From positions 5,184,001 through 5,248,000 of the forward strand of contig OZ242005.1 in assembly GCA_965204725.1 (NCBI GenBank): a stretch of 64,000 nucleotides of DNA. Reading direction: 5' to 3'. The notes beneath the pieces were generated by a model, which worked only from the letters and a program-made list of their open reading frames with translations, was not told the origin of the DNA and did not search any database. This DNA comes from Candidatus Latescibacterota bacterium. Lineage in GTDB: Bacteria > Latescibacterota > UBA2968 > UBA8231. The position numbers and the translations under genes were made by a program. Positions within the stretch are counted from its first letter, which is position 1. Every line of letters begins with the position of its first letter. Below, one piece after another: positions 18,771 to 27,949 of the stretch.

Positions 18771-21062
18771 TTGGACCTAGTCGAACCTATACCCGAACGC
18801 CTATTGCCGCATATCCGCGACGAATTGCAACCCGGCGAGCTGCTCATCGTCCTCCTCTCCGCCGACATTCGCTCGGACGGCCAGTACGGCGACTCTTGGT
18901 TTGCGCTCACCGACGAGCGGATACTCGTCTTTCATCCCAATGGGGCCGATAAGCCCGAGACCGTGCGGCTCGGGTTGGACGAAGTGCAGGGCATCCAGAC
19001 CCGCAATTTTGTGGGCAGCGGCGCGCTCGTCGTCGAGCTGGCGGACGAAACCGTCGAGCTGCTGCGCTTTTCGCAGAGTGCGTACTACAAATTTTCCGGC
19101 GTGCCCCAAGCCATTGAGGGGGCTGGCCTAGTCGAGGAAGAAGACGCCGAAGGGGACGGGCCGCTACACGTCGATCCGGTCAAAGTAGTAGAACACTGCC
19201 CCACCTGTGGACGCGCCCACCGCTCCGGCTCCAAAGTCTGCCCCAACTGCCTGCGCCAGACCGAGACCTTCTGGCGGTTGTTTTCCTATATCAAGCCCTA
19301 TAAAACCCAAGCCCTGCTCGGGTTCACATTGACGATTCTGCTGACGGCCATTGGCCTGCTGCCGCCCCAACTCAACCGCATCCTCATCGACGATGTCATC
19401 GTCCCGGAGCTCGTCAAATACGAGGCCGCAGGCATCGCCGCGGGCGAGGCGACCACGCCCCCAGCCGCGAGCGTCCAATACCTGCTGTGGGTCGTGCTCG
19501 GGCTGCTCGGTATCTACATTGGCCGCGGCATTATCAGCGGCGTGCGGATGTACGCCCTAGGATGGCTCGGCCAGCGCGTGGTGTACGATTTGCAGATGCA
19601 AATTTTCCAACACTTGCAGTTGCTGTCGCTGACGTTTTACAACAAGCTCAGCACCGGTCGGATCATGACCCGCGTCACCAGCGACACCGAGCGCATGCGG
19701 AGCTTTATCACCTCGGGGTTCCAAGACATCGTCATCGACGGGCTGACGATCATCGGCATCTGCACGATGCTGTTTGTAATGAATTGGGAATTGGCGCTTT
19801 TGTCGCTGCTCCCAATCCCCTTCATGATCATCGGCACCATCATCTACCGCACCCGCATCCACTGGATTTTTCACCGGATCTGGCGGCGCATTTCCACGCT
19901 CAACGCCATGCTCGCCGACTCCATCCCCGGCGTCAAGGTCGTCAAGGCATTTGCCCAAGAAAACCGCGAGCTCGACCGCTTCAACGAGCGCAATACCGAC
20001 CTGCGCGAGTCGCAGATGACCGCCTTCAGGATGCGCTCCTATTACATTCCGACGATCGCCTTTGTCACCTCGGTCGGCTCCATCATCCTGTGGTGGTTTG
20101 GCGGCAACCGAGTGCTCGGCAACGCGCTGACCTTGGGCGACTTGCAGGCTTTTATCTCGTACATGGTCATGTTCTACGCCCCCGTGCGCTCGCTGTGCAA
20201 CCTCACCGAGCAGCTAGAGGCCGCGGCGACTACGGCCGAGCGCGTCTTTGAGATTATCGACACCGAGCCCGAAGTCCAAGACGACCCGGACGCCGTGGAC
20301 CCCGGCCCGCTTACCGGCGAGGTCGAGTTCCGCAACGTCAGCTTCACGTACGACGGCTCGGCTCGGATCCTCGATCGCATCCACTTTAGGGCCAAGCCCG
20401 GCGAGATGATCGGCATCGTCGGCCCCAGCGGCGCCGGCAAGTCAACCTTGGTCAACCTCATTTCGCGGTTCTACGACGCTACGGACGGCCAACTCCGCAT
20501 TGACGGCTACCCCATTACCCGGCTCAAACAGCAGGCGTTGCGCAGCCAAATCGGCGTGGTCTTGCAAGAGCCTCTGCTCTTCCAAGGCTCCATCGCCAGC
20601 AATATCGCCTACGGTCATCCCGAGGCAACGCGCCAAGAGGTCATTGAGGCGGCCCGCGCGGCCAACGCCCACAAGTTCATCATGAATTTTCCCGACGGCT
20701 ACGACACCCAAGTTGGCGAGCGCGGCGGCCGGCTCTCCGGCGGCGAGCGCCAGCGCATTTCCATTGCCCGCGCCCTAATCGGCAACCCGCGCATCCTGAT
20801 TCTCGACGAGGCCACCGCCTCGGTCGATACCCAGACCGAATACGAGATCCAAGAAGCGCTCGAGCGGCTGGTGGCCGGCCGCACCACCTTTGCCATCGCC
20901 CATCGGCTCTCGACGCTCAAAAACGCCGATCGACTGCTGGTGTTGGAAAGAGGGCGCATCGCCGAGGTGGGCACCCACGAAGAGTTGCTCAACATGGAGG
21001 ACGGCGTCTATCGCCGGCTGGTCAATATGCAAACCGAAATGGCGAAGGTACGGGCGCTATGA
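18771..21062 (+). CDS. ABC exporter-type fused permease/ATPase with N-terminal PH-like and Zn-ribbon extension
   Basis: TTG start, CPTC..CPNC, TM domain, GPSGAGKS, LSGGERQR, ILDEAT. Confidence 0.9.
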   Translation: MDLVEPIPERLLPHIRDELQPGELLIVLLSADIRSDGQYGDSWFALTDERILVFHPNGADKPETVRLGLDEVQGIQTRNFVGSGALVVELADETVELLRFSQSAYYKFSGVPQAIEGAGLVEEEDAEGDGPLHVDPVKVVEHCPTCGRAHRSGSKVCPNCLRQTETFWRLFSYIKPYKTQALLGFTLTILLTAIGLLPPQLNRILIDDVIVPELVKYEAAGIAAGEATTPPAASVQYLLWVVLGLLGIYIGRGIISGVRMYALGWLGQRVVYDLQMQIFQHLQLLSLTFYNKLSTGRIMTRVTSDTERMRSFITSGFQDIVIDGLTIIGICTMLFVMNWELALLSLLPIPFMIIGTIIYRTRIHWIFHRIWRRISTLNAMLADSIPGVKVVKAFAQENRELDRFNERNTDLRESQMTAFRMRSYYIPTIAFVTSVGSIILWWFGGNRVLGNALTLGDLQAFISYMVMFYAPVRSLCNLTEQLEAAATTAERVFEIIDTEPEVQDDPDAVDPGPLTGEVEFRNVSFTYDGSARILDRIHFRAKPGEMIGIVGPSGAGKSTLVNLISRFYDATDGQLRIDGYPITRLKQQALRSQIGVVLQEPLLFQGSIASNIAYGHPEATRQEVIEAARAANAHKFIMNFPDGYDTQVGERGGRLSGGERQRISIARALIGNPRILILDEATASVDTQTEYEIQEALERLVAGRTTFAIAHRLSTLKNADRLLVLERGRIAEVGTHEELLNMEDGVYRRLVNMQTEMAKVRAL

Positions 21063-21562
21063 GCGAGACACGCGGTTATTCGTACGGGGACTTTCTGCTC
21101 GACCCGCAAAAGACGCGCTTCAGCCGGTCCAAGCGCGGCAGCTTGATTCTCCATCTCGACGACGAGGAATACACCGACCTCAAGGTCCGCCGCGCCTTCC
21201 CATTAGAAGAGTCCGACCGCTATATCGGCGTCTTTGCCGCCGAAGACCGCGAACTCGGCCTCATTGAAGACCCGCAGCAGCTCGACGACCAAAGCCGCCA
21301 AGTGCTGCTAGACGAACTCGACAAGGTGTACTTTCAGCCGCAGGTCCTTGCTTTTAATCGCCTCGACGAAGAGTTCGGCGTGTTGCGCGGCCAGATCGAA
21401 ACCACCAGCGGCCCCCGCCAACTCGAAATCCGCAGCTACCGCACCAACGTCCGCATGCTCTCCGGCAACCGAGCCGTCATCGAGGACGTCGATGGCAACC
21501 GCTACTTGATTGCCAACTGGCGAGCGCTGCCGCAAAAGACGCGCGAGATTCTGGGGCTTTAA
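21059..21562 (+). CDS. DUF1854 domain protein
   Basis: VRRAFPL...YIGV...ELGLIED...TTSGPR...IEDVDGNRYLI; coupled to the ABC gene, a known pairing. Confidence 0.8.
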   Translation: MSETRGYSYGDFLLDPQKTRFSRSKRGSLILHLDDEEYTDLKVRRAFPLEESDRYIGVFAAEDRELGLIEDPQQLDDQSRQVLLDELDKVYFQPQVLAFNRLDEEFGVLRGQIETTSGPRQLEIRSYRTNVRMLSGNRAVIEDVDGNRYLIANWRALPQKTREILGL

Positions 21563-21589
21563 CGAGCTTCGATACTTTCCAATCAGAAG

Positions 21590-21699
21590 GCAGCGAAAGA
21601 ATCAGCACTAGAATATGGGTCCAGCTCAATTGTCGTATCAGCGATACGACAATCTCAGGATCGGGAAAAACCTCAGCGAACTGAATCATACGGCGTAGG
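21590..21699 (-). pseudogene. DUF1016/YhcG gene, distal fragment (truncated)
   Basis: Reads LRRMIQFAEVFPDPEIVVSLIRQLSWTH, the direct continuation of the fragment at 27950-28212; the left boundary is approximate. Confidence 0.85.
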
Positions 21700-21939
21700 C
21701 TAAGTACGCGACAGTAAGATGGGGTTCATATTGTTGGGCGTAATCCGGTCGATACGGTGGCGCGTAAGGCAGGTTGCCCTTTGCGTGAGGGCTTTTTTGG
21801 GCATATTTTGGTATTTATGAATAAGCAAGGACGAACAGGAAGATGGTAAATCACTCAACATCTGAGATGACGCTGCCGCCGGTCCAGCCGGCCGCGATGA
21901 CCAGATCCTGCTTCCAATTTCAAGACTTAACAATTCGTC

Positions 21940-21991
21940 GTAACTCCTTGAAAGACAATCAGTTACCCCCCCCCCCCCCCCCCCCCCCCCC
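21940..21991 (+). repeat. 27-bp pseudo-palindrome fused to a C26 homopolymer
   Basis: GTAACTCCTTG-AAAGA-CAATCAGTTAC (21940-21966); 26 C at 21966-21991. Confidence 0.85.
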
Positions 21992-22185
21992 GCATTTTCA
22001 GCTATTAACCACAGTTAGCCACAGTCTCTTTACGTTCCATCGAGGGCCGGATGATCGCTGCGCTGAGGCGCGGTGCTCTATTCGCGCCGGGTTGGTAGTG
22101 GTCTGTACGGCTCTATTTTTGCGGCACCGGCTTAATCAAGGTTGCCAAATCCCAATTTCAAAACGCTTCTAAGAAAGGTTGAATA

Positions 22186-25100
22186 ATGACGCCTATAAAG
22201 TCTCTTATGAGGCCCTACTCCTCCGGCTTTTGGTTACTGGCTGTTAGCTTGGCACTGGTTTGGGCTGGCTCGGCGGCAGCGGACATTACCCTGTCCGTCG
22301 ATAAACCTACCATTCGAGAAGAAGACGGACGAACCGAAATTACCGTAACCGCCGAAAGCGACGCGAAAGTAACCGCAAATACCGTCGTGTCCCTGAAACT
22401 GGGGGCCAAGTTTTTCAGCGGTAACGCATCGCGTCTCCTCCCCAACGGAGTAGGGAATGTCAGCCCCGGCCATACTGTAGATGAACATGGTCGTTTTGTG
22501 GCTTATGGGCAGCCTTGGTGGGCCTTTAGTAGTCCGGCCCGTAATACAGGTGCTCTCCAGGTGTCTCCGACTAAGCCGGGGGGGGATTGGAAAGACTGGC
22601 TCAATAGTCGCGCCCATGTCAATGGCCGCTTCGCCATCACGCTGCCGACGTTAGTGATTCCTAAGGACCAGAAAAAGGCGACCGGCACCATTATCCTCAC
22701 GCCGAGGGATAACGACGAGCGCGGTTTTTATAATACCTATGATGACTTCACCATTCCTTTTGAGCTTGACTATCCCAACGTCAGCTATTCCGACATTCAG
22801 GCCGCTGGATCCCCTAACCTCTTGGCAGAATTTCAAGCCCGCAACGCCCCACCCCACCGCTATCCCGATCTGATTATCAAAATTGACGGCCTTGCCGGTA
22901 GCGAGACGGTTGAGCAGACGGAGATTCGCGTAACGGACGACGAAAAGCTAGCCAATCAGGTAAACCTTTCGTTTTCGCCCGCGAGTCTCAGCAAGGACGC
23001 AGGGCCGACTCCTGTTACCGTGACCGCGACCTTAAACGGCGGTACGCTGCGGTCGGACCAAACCTTTACTTTGTCCTTTAAGACAGGCTCGGAGGTCGAT
23101 CTTGGCTGCGTCGATAGAGGAAACTGCGCTCGCGCTGCTTTCCCGTTGGGTTTTACCGCGGACAGTATCCTGACGCGCGACACGGATTACTCGACGACGT
23201 CCGCATCGCTAACCATACGCCGGAATAAGCCGTCGGGGAAGGCGACGATTACCATCGATCCCAAAGGCAAGGTTGGCTACATCGCGCTCGCGGCGGGGAC
23301 GGAGCGGCTGGTCGTCAACGGCATTGACTTGAACCTCGATGGGGACATGAGCGACTCGCTGGCTCTTAGTAAAATGGATCGTTATCAGGATAGTTCGACT
23401 CTACGGCCCGACCGCGCCGTTTTCTTTTCAGAAGAAGGTCTAGGCTGTACCCCCACGACCTCCGGCCCCCTCTCTCAACACGATCTCAACTTTGATGGCC
23501 GCTGCGACGGCCTTATTCGGGAAGCGAGAATCGGCGTCGACCTGAACGGTAATGGGGTGGTTGATCCTGCTGCGAACGCTGGTGCTGCCATAAACTTTGG
23601 TAGTTTGATGGATGCTGTTCAACAAAATTTCGGGATTGCTCGTGAGTTTATCCTATTTGGCCAAGTAGTCGCAGGATCAGCCACCCGCCAAGACAACCGC
23701 GACAGCGGAGCCCTGCTGATGGCTGCGGTATATCCTCCAGGCAATCAGCCATCTAGGGTGCCTTGGATCGCTGACCGGGGTCCTCAGTTTAGCACCACTG
23801 TTCCGTGGGGCTCCCCGGCTGCTGACCATCCCGATGAGTGGCCTACGTCGAATCCGAGGTTTGTGTTAGTTGAAAGCTTACTGCCGCAGTATATTGAGTT
23901 GCCCCCCCATTTCTTTAAGATAACGGACACCCCCGTTGTCACCTTCAAAGACGCGACCGACGGCCTGACCGCCACGCCTTCAACGATCCGCGAGGGAGCC
24001 GGTCGGCAAGAAATCGCCCTGAAAGTCACCTTGAAGGCCGCCACATCAGCGGATACGCGGGTGACGTTCACCATCACTCCGCAAGAGGGTCGCCGCGACA
24101 TAGACTACACGGCCGTCTTGAGCGATCTCGTCATTCCCAAAGGCCAGACCTCCGCTTCAACCACGCTGGTTCTCACCCCGGTCGATAACGAGGTGGTGAA
24201 CGACGCACGGACATTCAACGTAGTCGCCACAATCGGCAGCGCGGACGACGCCCCCGAGGTCACCGAGACTATTACCATTGTAGATGACGAGACGCAGAGC
24301 ACACAGATCATGCTGACGGCCAGTCCCGCCGAAGTCAAGGCTGGCACCGGCGCCAACAACGTCACGATCACCGGCACGTTAGACGGCCAATCCTTCGACG
24401 AGGACGTGGACATAGTCTTAGTCGTCACCACCGACACGGACGCCGACGGCGACATGGACGACGCCGACAAAGCCGCCACCCGCGACACCGAATACACGGC
24501 CATCTTGCGCGGCCTGACGATAAAGGCCGGTGAAGTCACAGGCTCGCAGACGATCTCCATCACTCCCCTCGCCGGCGGCGACAAAAAGATCGGCCTAACC
24601 GCCCTAAAAAGCCCGGTCAAGAATGACGACGACGAGGACGTGACAGTCACCACGACCGTCATCACCCTGAAAGACGGCGACCCAGAGACGGGGCCGGGCG
24701 TCCTTGCTTTCGAGGACGACGTAGATGTGGTCTCCACCGTGTTTGAATACGTCGTCGGCACGGCCATTGAGCCTTATGTCCTACCCGCCGCCACCGGCGG
24801 CATTGGCGACAAGACCTACAGCGTGTCCGCCACCCTGCCCGCCGGTCTAGTATTCGACGCAGAAACCCGCACCCTATCGGGCACGCCGCTGACAGCGGGC
24901 GACGCCACCGTCGTGTACACAGTCATCGACAGCGCACCGGACCCAGTCAACACCGCCGTCCTCAGCCTGACCTTTGAGATCGGTACGGCTCCGCCCGCCA
25001 CCGTCCGCGTCGCCAGCGTAACCGCGACCCATTCCTCCATACGCGAAAACGGCGAGACGACCTCCATTCTCCTGACGGCAACGTTGGCCGCTCCCGCCGC

Positions 25101-26589
25101 CAAAGCCGAGACCATCCTCTTCACGATTGCCGCTCCCAGTTCGGGGACGCCAGCCGTGCGCGACGCCGATTACACCGCTGTCCTAGGCGGCTCCGGCGTC
25201 ATCGCGGTGGGCGAGACGCAAGGCCGGACGATGCTGACCTTGACCCCCCTCGACAACGCGGAGGTTGATGGCAATAAGTACTTGGGGGTGGAGGCGTCGG
25301 CCTCGGGCGGCTCGGCACGGACGGACATCAAGATCGCCGATGACGAAACGCCGAGTACGTCTTTGGCACTGTCGGTATCGCCCCACACCCTCAGCGAGGA
25401 CGCGGGCGTAACCCAGCTCACCGTCACGGCCATGCTGGACGGCAAAGCCCTCGACGCGGCTGCAACCGTAACCATCTCCATTGATCCGGCCTCAGCCGCC
25501 ACCCGCGATTTAGATTACTCCGCCCTATTCAACCCCTCACTGGTCATCCCGGCCGGTTCCACCTCCGGTTCCCTCACGTTCCTGATCGACCCGACCGCCG
25601 ACAACGAGGACGAAGGCAACGAGACGATCACGCTCATCGGGGCCTCTGAGGGCCTGACGAGCACCTCCGCCGATATAACGCTAGCCGACGCTGGCACAGA
25701 GACCCCGCTTCCCCCAGAAGCCACCCCTCTCGCCTTCACCGACGGCACGTCCATTGACGACCAAGAGTACACCGCCGGTACGGAGATCAGCGCTATGGAA
25801 CTCCCAGCCGCCGTTGGCGGTGTCGGCGACATCGCCTACAGCGTCACCGACCTGCCCGCGGGCCTGTCCTTCGACGCGGCCACCCGGACCATTTCGGGCA
25901 CACCCGACGCCGCTACCGACGAACCTGTCGAAGTAACCTATACCGCCGCCGACGGCACCGGTGCCTCCGCCACGCTAACCTTCTCCATCACAGTCAACGC
26001 CGAGATAACCTTCGACCTAGTATTCTTCGGCGCCGGCAAGCTCGTCCCAACCGCTTCCGACGACGGTGCTTCCATCCCCGAGTTCGCTGTCGGCCACCCG
26101 GTAGCCGCTTTCACGCTGCCTTCGGCTACCGGCGGCACCGAGCCGCTGACCTACACCCTTTCCCCAGAGCTCCCGTCGGGCCTGTCCTTCGACGCTGCCA
26201 CCCGCACCATTTCCGGCACGCCGCAAGCCGAAGGCTCCCCCCTCTACATCTACACAGTGACGGACGCTCTCGGTGCCAGCGTAACAATGCAGCTCCAAAC
26301 GCGCCCCGCCGCCTTCGTGCTCGCAACCAACTACCCGAACCCGTTTAACCCGGCGACGACGATCCAGTACGCCCTGCCCCAACCGGCCGACGTCCAGTTG
26401 ACTGTCTATAATGTCGTCGGTCAGGTGGTGCGGACGCTGGTCGCCGAGCACCAAGCTGCCGGCCGCTACCTAGTCGCTTGGGACGCGACGAATGACAACG
26501 GCCAAAGCCTGTCGGCGGGGATTTACTTCTATCGCTTGCAGGCGGGCGGCGAGTTCCACGCCGTCAGAAAGATGCTGCTGCTCAAGTAG
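22186..26589 (+). CDS. Large secreted surface protein: Calx-beta/Ig-like repeats, putative Ig (He_PIG) repeats, C-terminal FlgD-Ig/T9SS-like sorting domain
   Basis: Signal peptide; about 6 repeats of PxxIxEDAGxTxITVTA...RDxDY...LxIPxG; three LPAGLxFDAxTRTxSGTP repeats; NYPNPFNPATTIQY...SAGIYFYRL...KMLLLK. Confidence 0.9.
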   Translation: MTPIKSLMRPYSSGFWLLAVSLALVWAGSAAADITLSVDKPTIREEDGRTEITVTAESDAKVTANTVVSLKLGAKFFSGNASRLLPNGVGNVSPGHTVDEHGRFVAYGQPWWAFSSPARNTGALQVSPTKPGGDWKDWLNSRAHVNGRFAITLPTLVIPKDQKKATGTIILTPRDNDERGFYNTYDDFTIPFELDYPNVSYSDIQAAGSPNLLAEFQARNAPPHRYPDLIIKIDGLAGSETVEQTEIRVTDDEKLANQVNLSFSPASLSKDAGPTPVTVTATLNGGTLRSDQTFTLSFKTGSEVDLGCVDRGNCARAAFPLGFTADSILTRDTDYSTTSASLTIRRNKPSGKATITIDPKGKVGYIALAAGTERLVVNGIDLNLDGDMSDSLALSKMDRYQDSSTLRPDRAVFFSEEGLGCTPTTSGPLSQHDLNFDGRCDGLIREARIGVDLNGNGVVDPAANAGAAINFGSLMDAVQQNFGIAREFILFGQVVAGSATRQDNRDSGALLMAAVYPPGNQPSRVPWIADRGPQFSTTVPWGSPAADHPDEWPTSNPRFVLVESLLPQYIELPPHFFKITDTPVVTFKDATDGLTATPSTIREGAGRQEIALKVTLKAATSADTRVTFTITPQEGRRDIDYTAVLSDLVIPKGQTSASTTLVLTPVDNEVVNDARTFNVVATIGSADDAPEVTETITIVDDETQSTQIMLTASPAEVKAGTGANNVTITGTLDGQSFDEDVDIVLVVTTDTDADGDMDDADKAATRDTEYTAILRGLTIKAGEVTGSQTISITPLAGGDKKIGLTALKSPVKNDDDEDVTVTTTVITLKDGDPETGPGVLAFEDDVDVVSTVFEYVVGTAIEPYVLPAATGGIGDKTYSVSATLPAGLVFDAETRTLSGTPLTAGDATVVYTVIDSAPDPVNTAVLSLTFEIGTAPPATVRVASVTATHSSIRENGETTSILLTATLAAPAAKAETILFTIAAPSSGTPAVRDADYTAVLGGSGVIAVGETQGRTMLTLTPLDNAEVDGNKYLGVEASASGGSARTDIKIADDETPSTSLALSVSPHTLSEDAGVTQLTVTAMLDGKALDAAATVTISIDPASAATRDLDYSALFNPSLVIPAGSTSGSLTFLIDPTADNEDEGNETITLIGASEGLTSTSADITLADAGTETPLPPEATPLAFTDGTSIDDQEYTAGTEISAMELPAAVGGVGDIAYSVTDLPAGLSFDAATRTISGTPDAATDEPVEVTYTAADGTGASATLTFSITVNAEITFDLVFFGAGKLVPTASDDGASIPEFAVGHPVAAFTLPSATGGTEPLTYTLSPELPSGLSFDAATRTISGTPQAEGSPLYIYTVTDALGASVTMQLQTRPAAFVLATNYPNPFNPATTIQYALPQPADVQLTVYNVVGQVVRTLVAEHQAAGRYLVAWDATNDNGQSLSAGIYFYRLQAGGEFHAVRKMLLLK

Positions 26590-26605
26590 CCGGTCGCCGT
26601 CAGCA

Positions 26606-26654
26606 GGAGCCGGTTCCGCCGGCTCCCGTCCTTCCCGCGCACGCGGGAAGGACG
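26606..26654. repeat. Two adjacent hairpins, the second REP-like
   Basis: GGAGCCGG-ttccg-CCGGCTCC and CGTCCTTCCCGCG-ca-CGCGGGAAGGACG. Confidence 0.6.
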
Positions 26655-26668
26655 AATCGAGTTCATAC

Positions 26669-26712
26669 AATGGGGCCTCTCTCAGCCAGAGGCCCCATTT
26701 TTCTTTCTTTTC
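26669..26712 (+). terminator. Rho-independent terminator
   Basis: AATGGGGCCTCT-ctcagcc-AGAGGCCCCATT followed by a T-rich tail. Confidence 0.8.
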
Positions 26713-26812
26713 CAATAGACGTGACGCACCGCCTAGTTTTCCCTTATCTTGCAAGTATGGCCGAACCGCTCTCCGGCCTTCCCCCCGAACCCTCCCACCA
26801 AAGGAGCGAACC

Positions 26813-27067
26813 ATGACAGAACAACCCCTCCCCCTAACCCAAGAGCAAGACCACGACCGCCGCCTCAGCCAGCTAGAAGGCACTGCCGAACAATTCGTCG
26901 CGCAAAGCCGCCAGACCAACACCCGCTTAGACCACATCGATCAAACCATTGCCGCGCAAGGCCGCGAACTGCGGCGAGAGATCGCCGTGCTAACCCGCTG
27001 GTTGGTTGGAATGCAAGTAGCCAGCTTGGTGGTGCTGGGGACGCTGATCTTGTTGCGCTTGCCCTAA
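26813..27067 (+). CDS. Small coiled-coil protein with C-terminal TM anchor (DUF1640/XhlA-like shape)
   Basis: AAGGAG RBS, 84 aa, RLSQLEG...RLDHIDQ...LTRWLVGMQVASLVVLGTLILLRLP. Confidence 0.75.
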   Translation: MTEQPLPLTQEQDHDRRLSQLEGTAEQFVAQSRQTNTRLDHIDQTIAAQGRELRREIAVLTRWLVGMQVASLVVLGTLILLRLP

Positions 27068-27096
27068 TCACCCGCCCCGGCCACCCCCCAATTTCG

Positions 27097-27140
27097 TAAC
27101 ATGGGGCTTCTCTCCAACAGAGGCCCCATGTTATCTTTTT
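27097..27140 (+). terminator. Rho-independent terminator (paralog of the 26669 hairpin)
   Basis: TAACATGGGGC...GCCCCATGTTA followed by TCTTTTT. Confidence 0.7.
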
Positions 27141-27147
27141 ACTTAGT

Positions 27148-27456
27148 ATGTACGATGTCCTGCTAACGCCCGAATTTATCGAATGGATGGACGCCTTGGA
27201 TCCTGTAACGGCTGACCGGGTTTCCAGTGTCCTCGACCGCATGGCAGAAGGCAATTGGGGAGACTACAAAACCTTATCAGGTGTGCGCGGCATTTTCGAG
27301 CGTCGCCTGATGGGAAAAGGACCGGGCATTCGGTTGTACTTCTGTCGGCAGGGCAGAAACGCAGTGATGATATTGACCGCTGGCGACAAAGCCACCCAAC
27401 AACGCGGAGATATTGCCAGAGCCCGGCGTCTCAGGGAACGATACGTACAAAATTAG
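27148..27456 (+). CDS. RelE/ParE-superfamily toxin (addiction module killer protein type)
   Basis: TPEFIEWM...RMAEGNWGDYK...GIFERR..GPGIRLYF...LTAGDKATQQ.DIARA. Confidence 0.85.
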   Translation: MYDVLLTPEFIEWMDALDPVTADRVSSVLDRMAEGNWGDYKTLSGVRGIFERRLMGKGPGIRLYFCRQGRNAVMILTAGDKATQQRGDIARARRLRERYVQN

Positions 27457-27465
27457 GAGGGTATT

Positions 27466-27669
27466 ATGGCACTCACCAAACACGATGACTACGCCTGCCT
27501 GCGAGCGAAGCGAGACCCGGAATTCGCCCGACGGATACGTCAAAGAGCGATTGAACTGCTGGACGGCGATGAAGAGGATCGCCGGATTGCCCGCCGGATA
27601 CTCCAGAATCAGCTCGGGATCGCCGTTGGCGAAATCGACGAACTAGAACGGGAGAAGGCAACAGTCTGA
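27466..27669 (+). CDS. Short putative antitoxin (antidote-like N-terminus, no obvious HTH)
   Basis: AGGAGG RBS; MALT...RAKRDPEFARR...AIELL.GD; lies directly after the toxin. Confidence 0.65.
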   Translation: MALTKHDDYACLRAKRDPEFARRIRQRAIELLDGDEEDRRIARRILQNQLGIAVGEIDELEREKATV

Positions 27670-27949
27670 TAGAGGAAAGTCATTTTCAGTTATCTTGCTA
27701 TTTAAAGACTGTAGCGGTGTTCAACCTACGCAACGGGGGTTCCACCCCCATTCATGCGGTACTACTTACTGTTTACTGTTTAAAATCACGTCCGACCCTG
27801 AGAAGCCTTTTTAAAACCCCCGTTGGACGCTTGGTGGGGCTGTCGAGTGGCCTTGGCGTCCAGTGTTTTTCATAGGGCGAGACGCCCTCGGGCCTAATCC
27901 CCTCAATCCCGGACGCATCGGGCGTACTCAATAGGTATCGCGTACTTAG

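Larger units (their letters stand above)
21700..27949. mobile_element. Non-autonomous cargo transposon (6250 bp) with 12-bp terminal inverted repeats and 9-bp TSD
   Basis: CGGCGTAGG(21691-21699)|CTAAGTACGCGA(21700-21711)...TCGCGTACTTAG(27938-27949)|CGGCGTAGG(27950-27958); splits a DUF1016 ORF; no transposase inside. Confidence 0.9.

Noticed and set aside
21700-21933. 77-aa minus-strand ORF ending in the left TIR (..LSRT*) as a transposase remnant
   Set aside because: No DDE or other transposase motif is visible; only the stop codon within the TIR is reminiscent of IS4-type ends.
21843-22172. 109-aa ORF with a poly-proline run
   Set aside because: The run is simply the translated C26 tract. 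It stops before the 1467-aa gene and shows no protein-like features, although a leader-peptide role cannot be fully excluded.
26669-27140. Repeated hairpins as integron attC sites
   Set aside because: Too short, no proper RYYYAAC/GTTRRRY boxes and no intI; they fit intrinsic terminators better.
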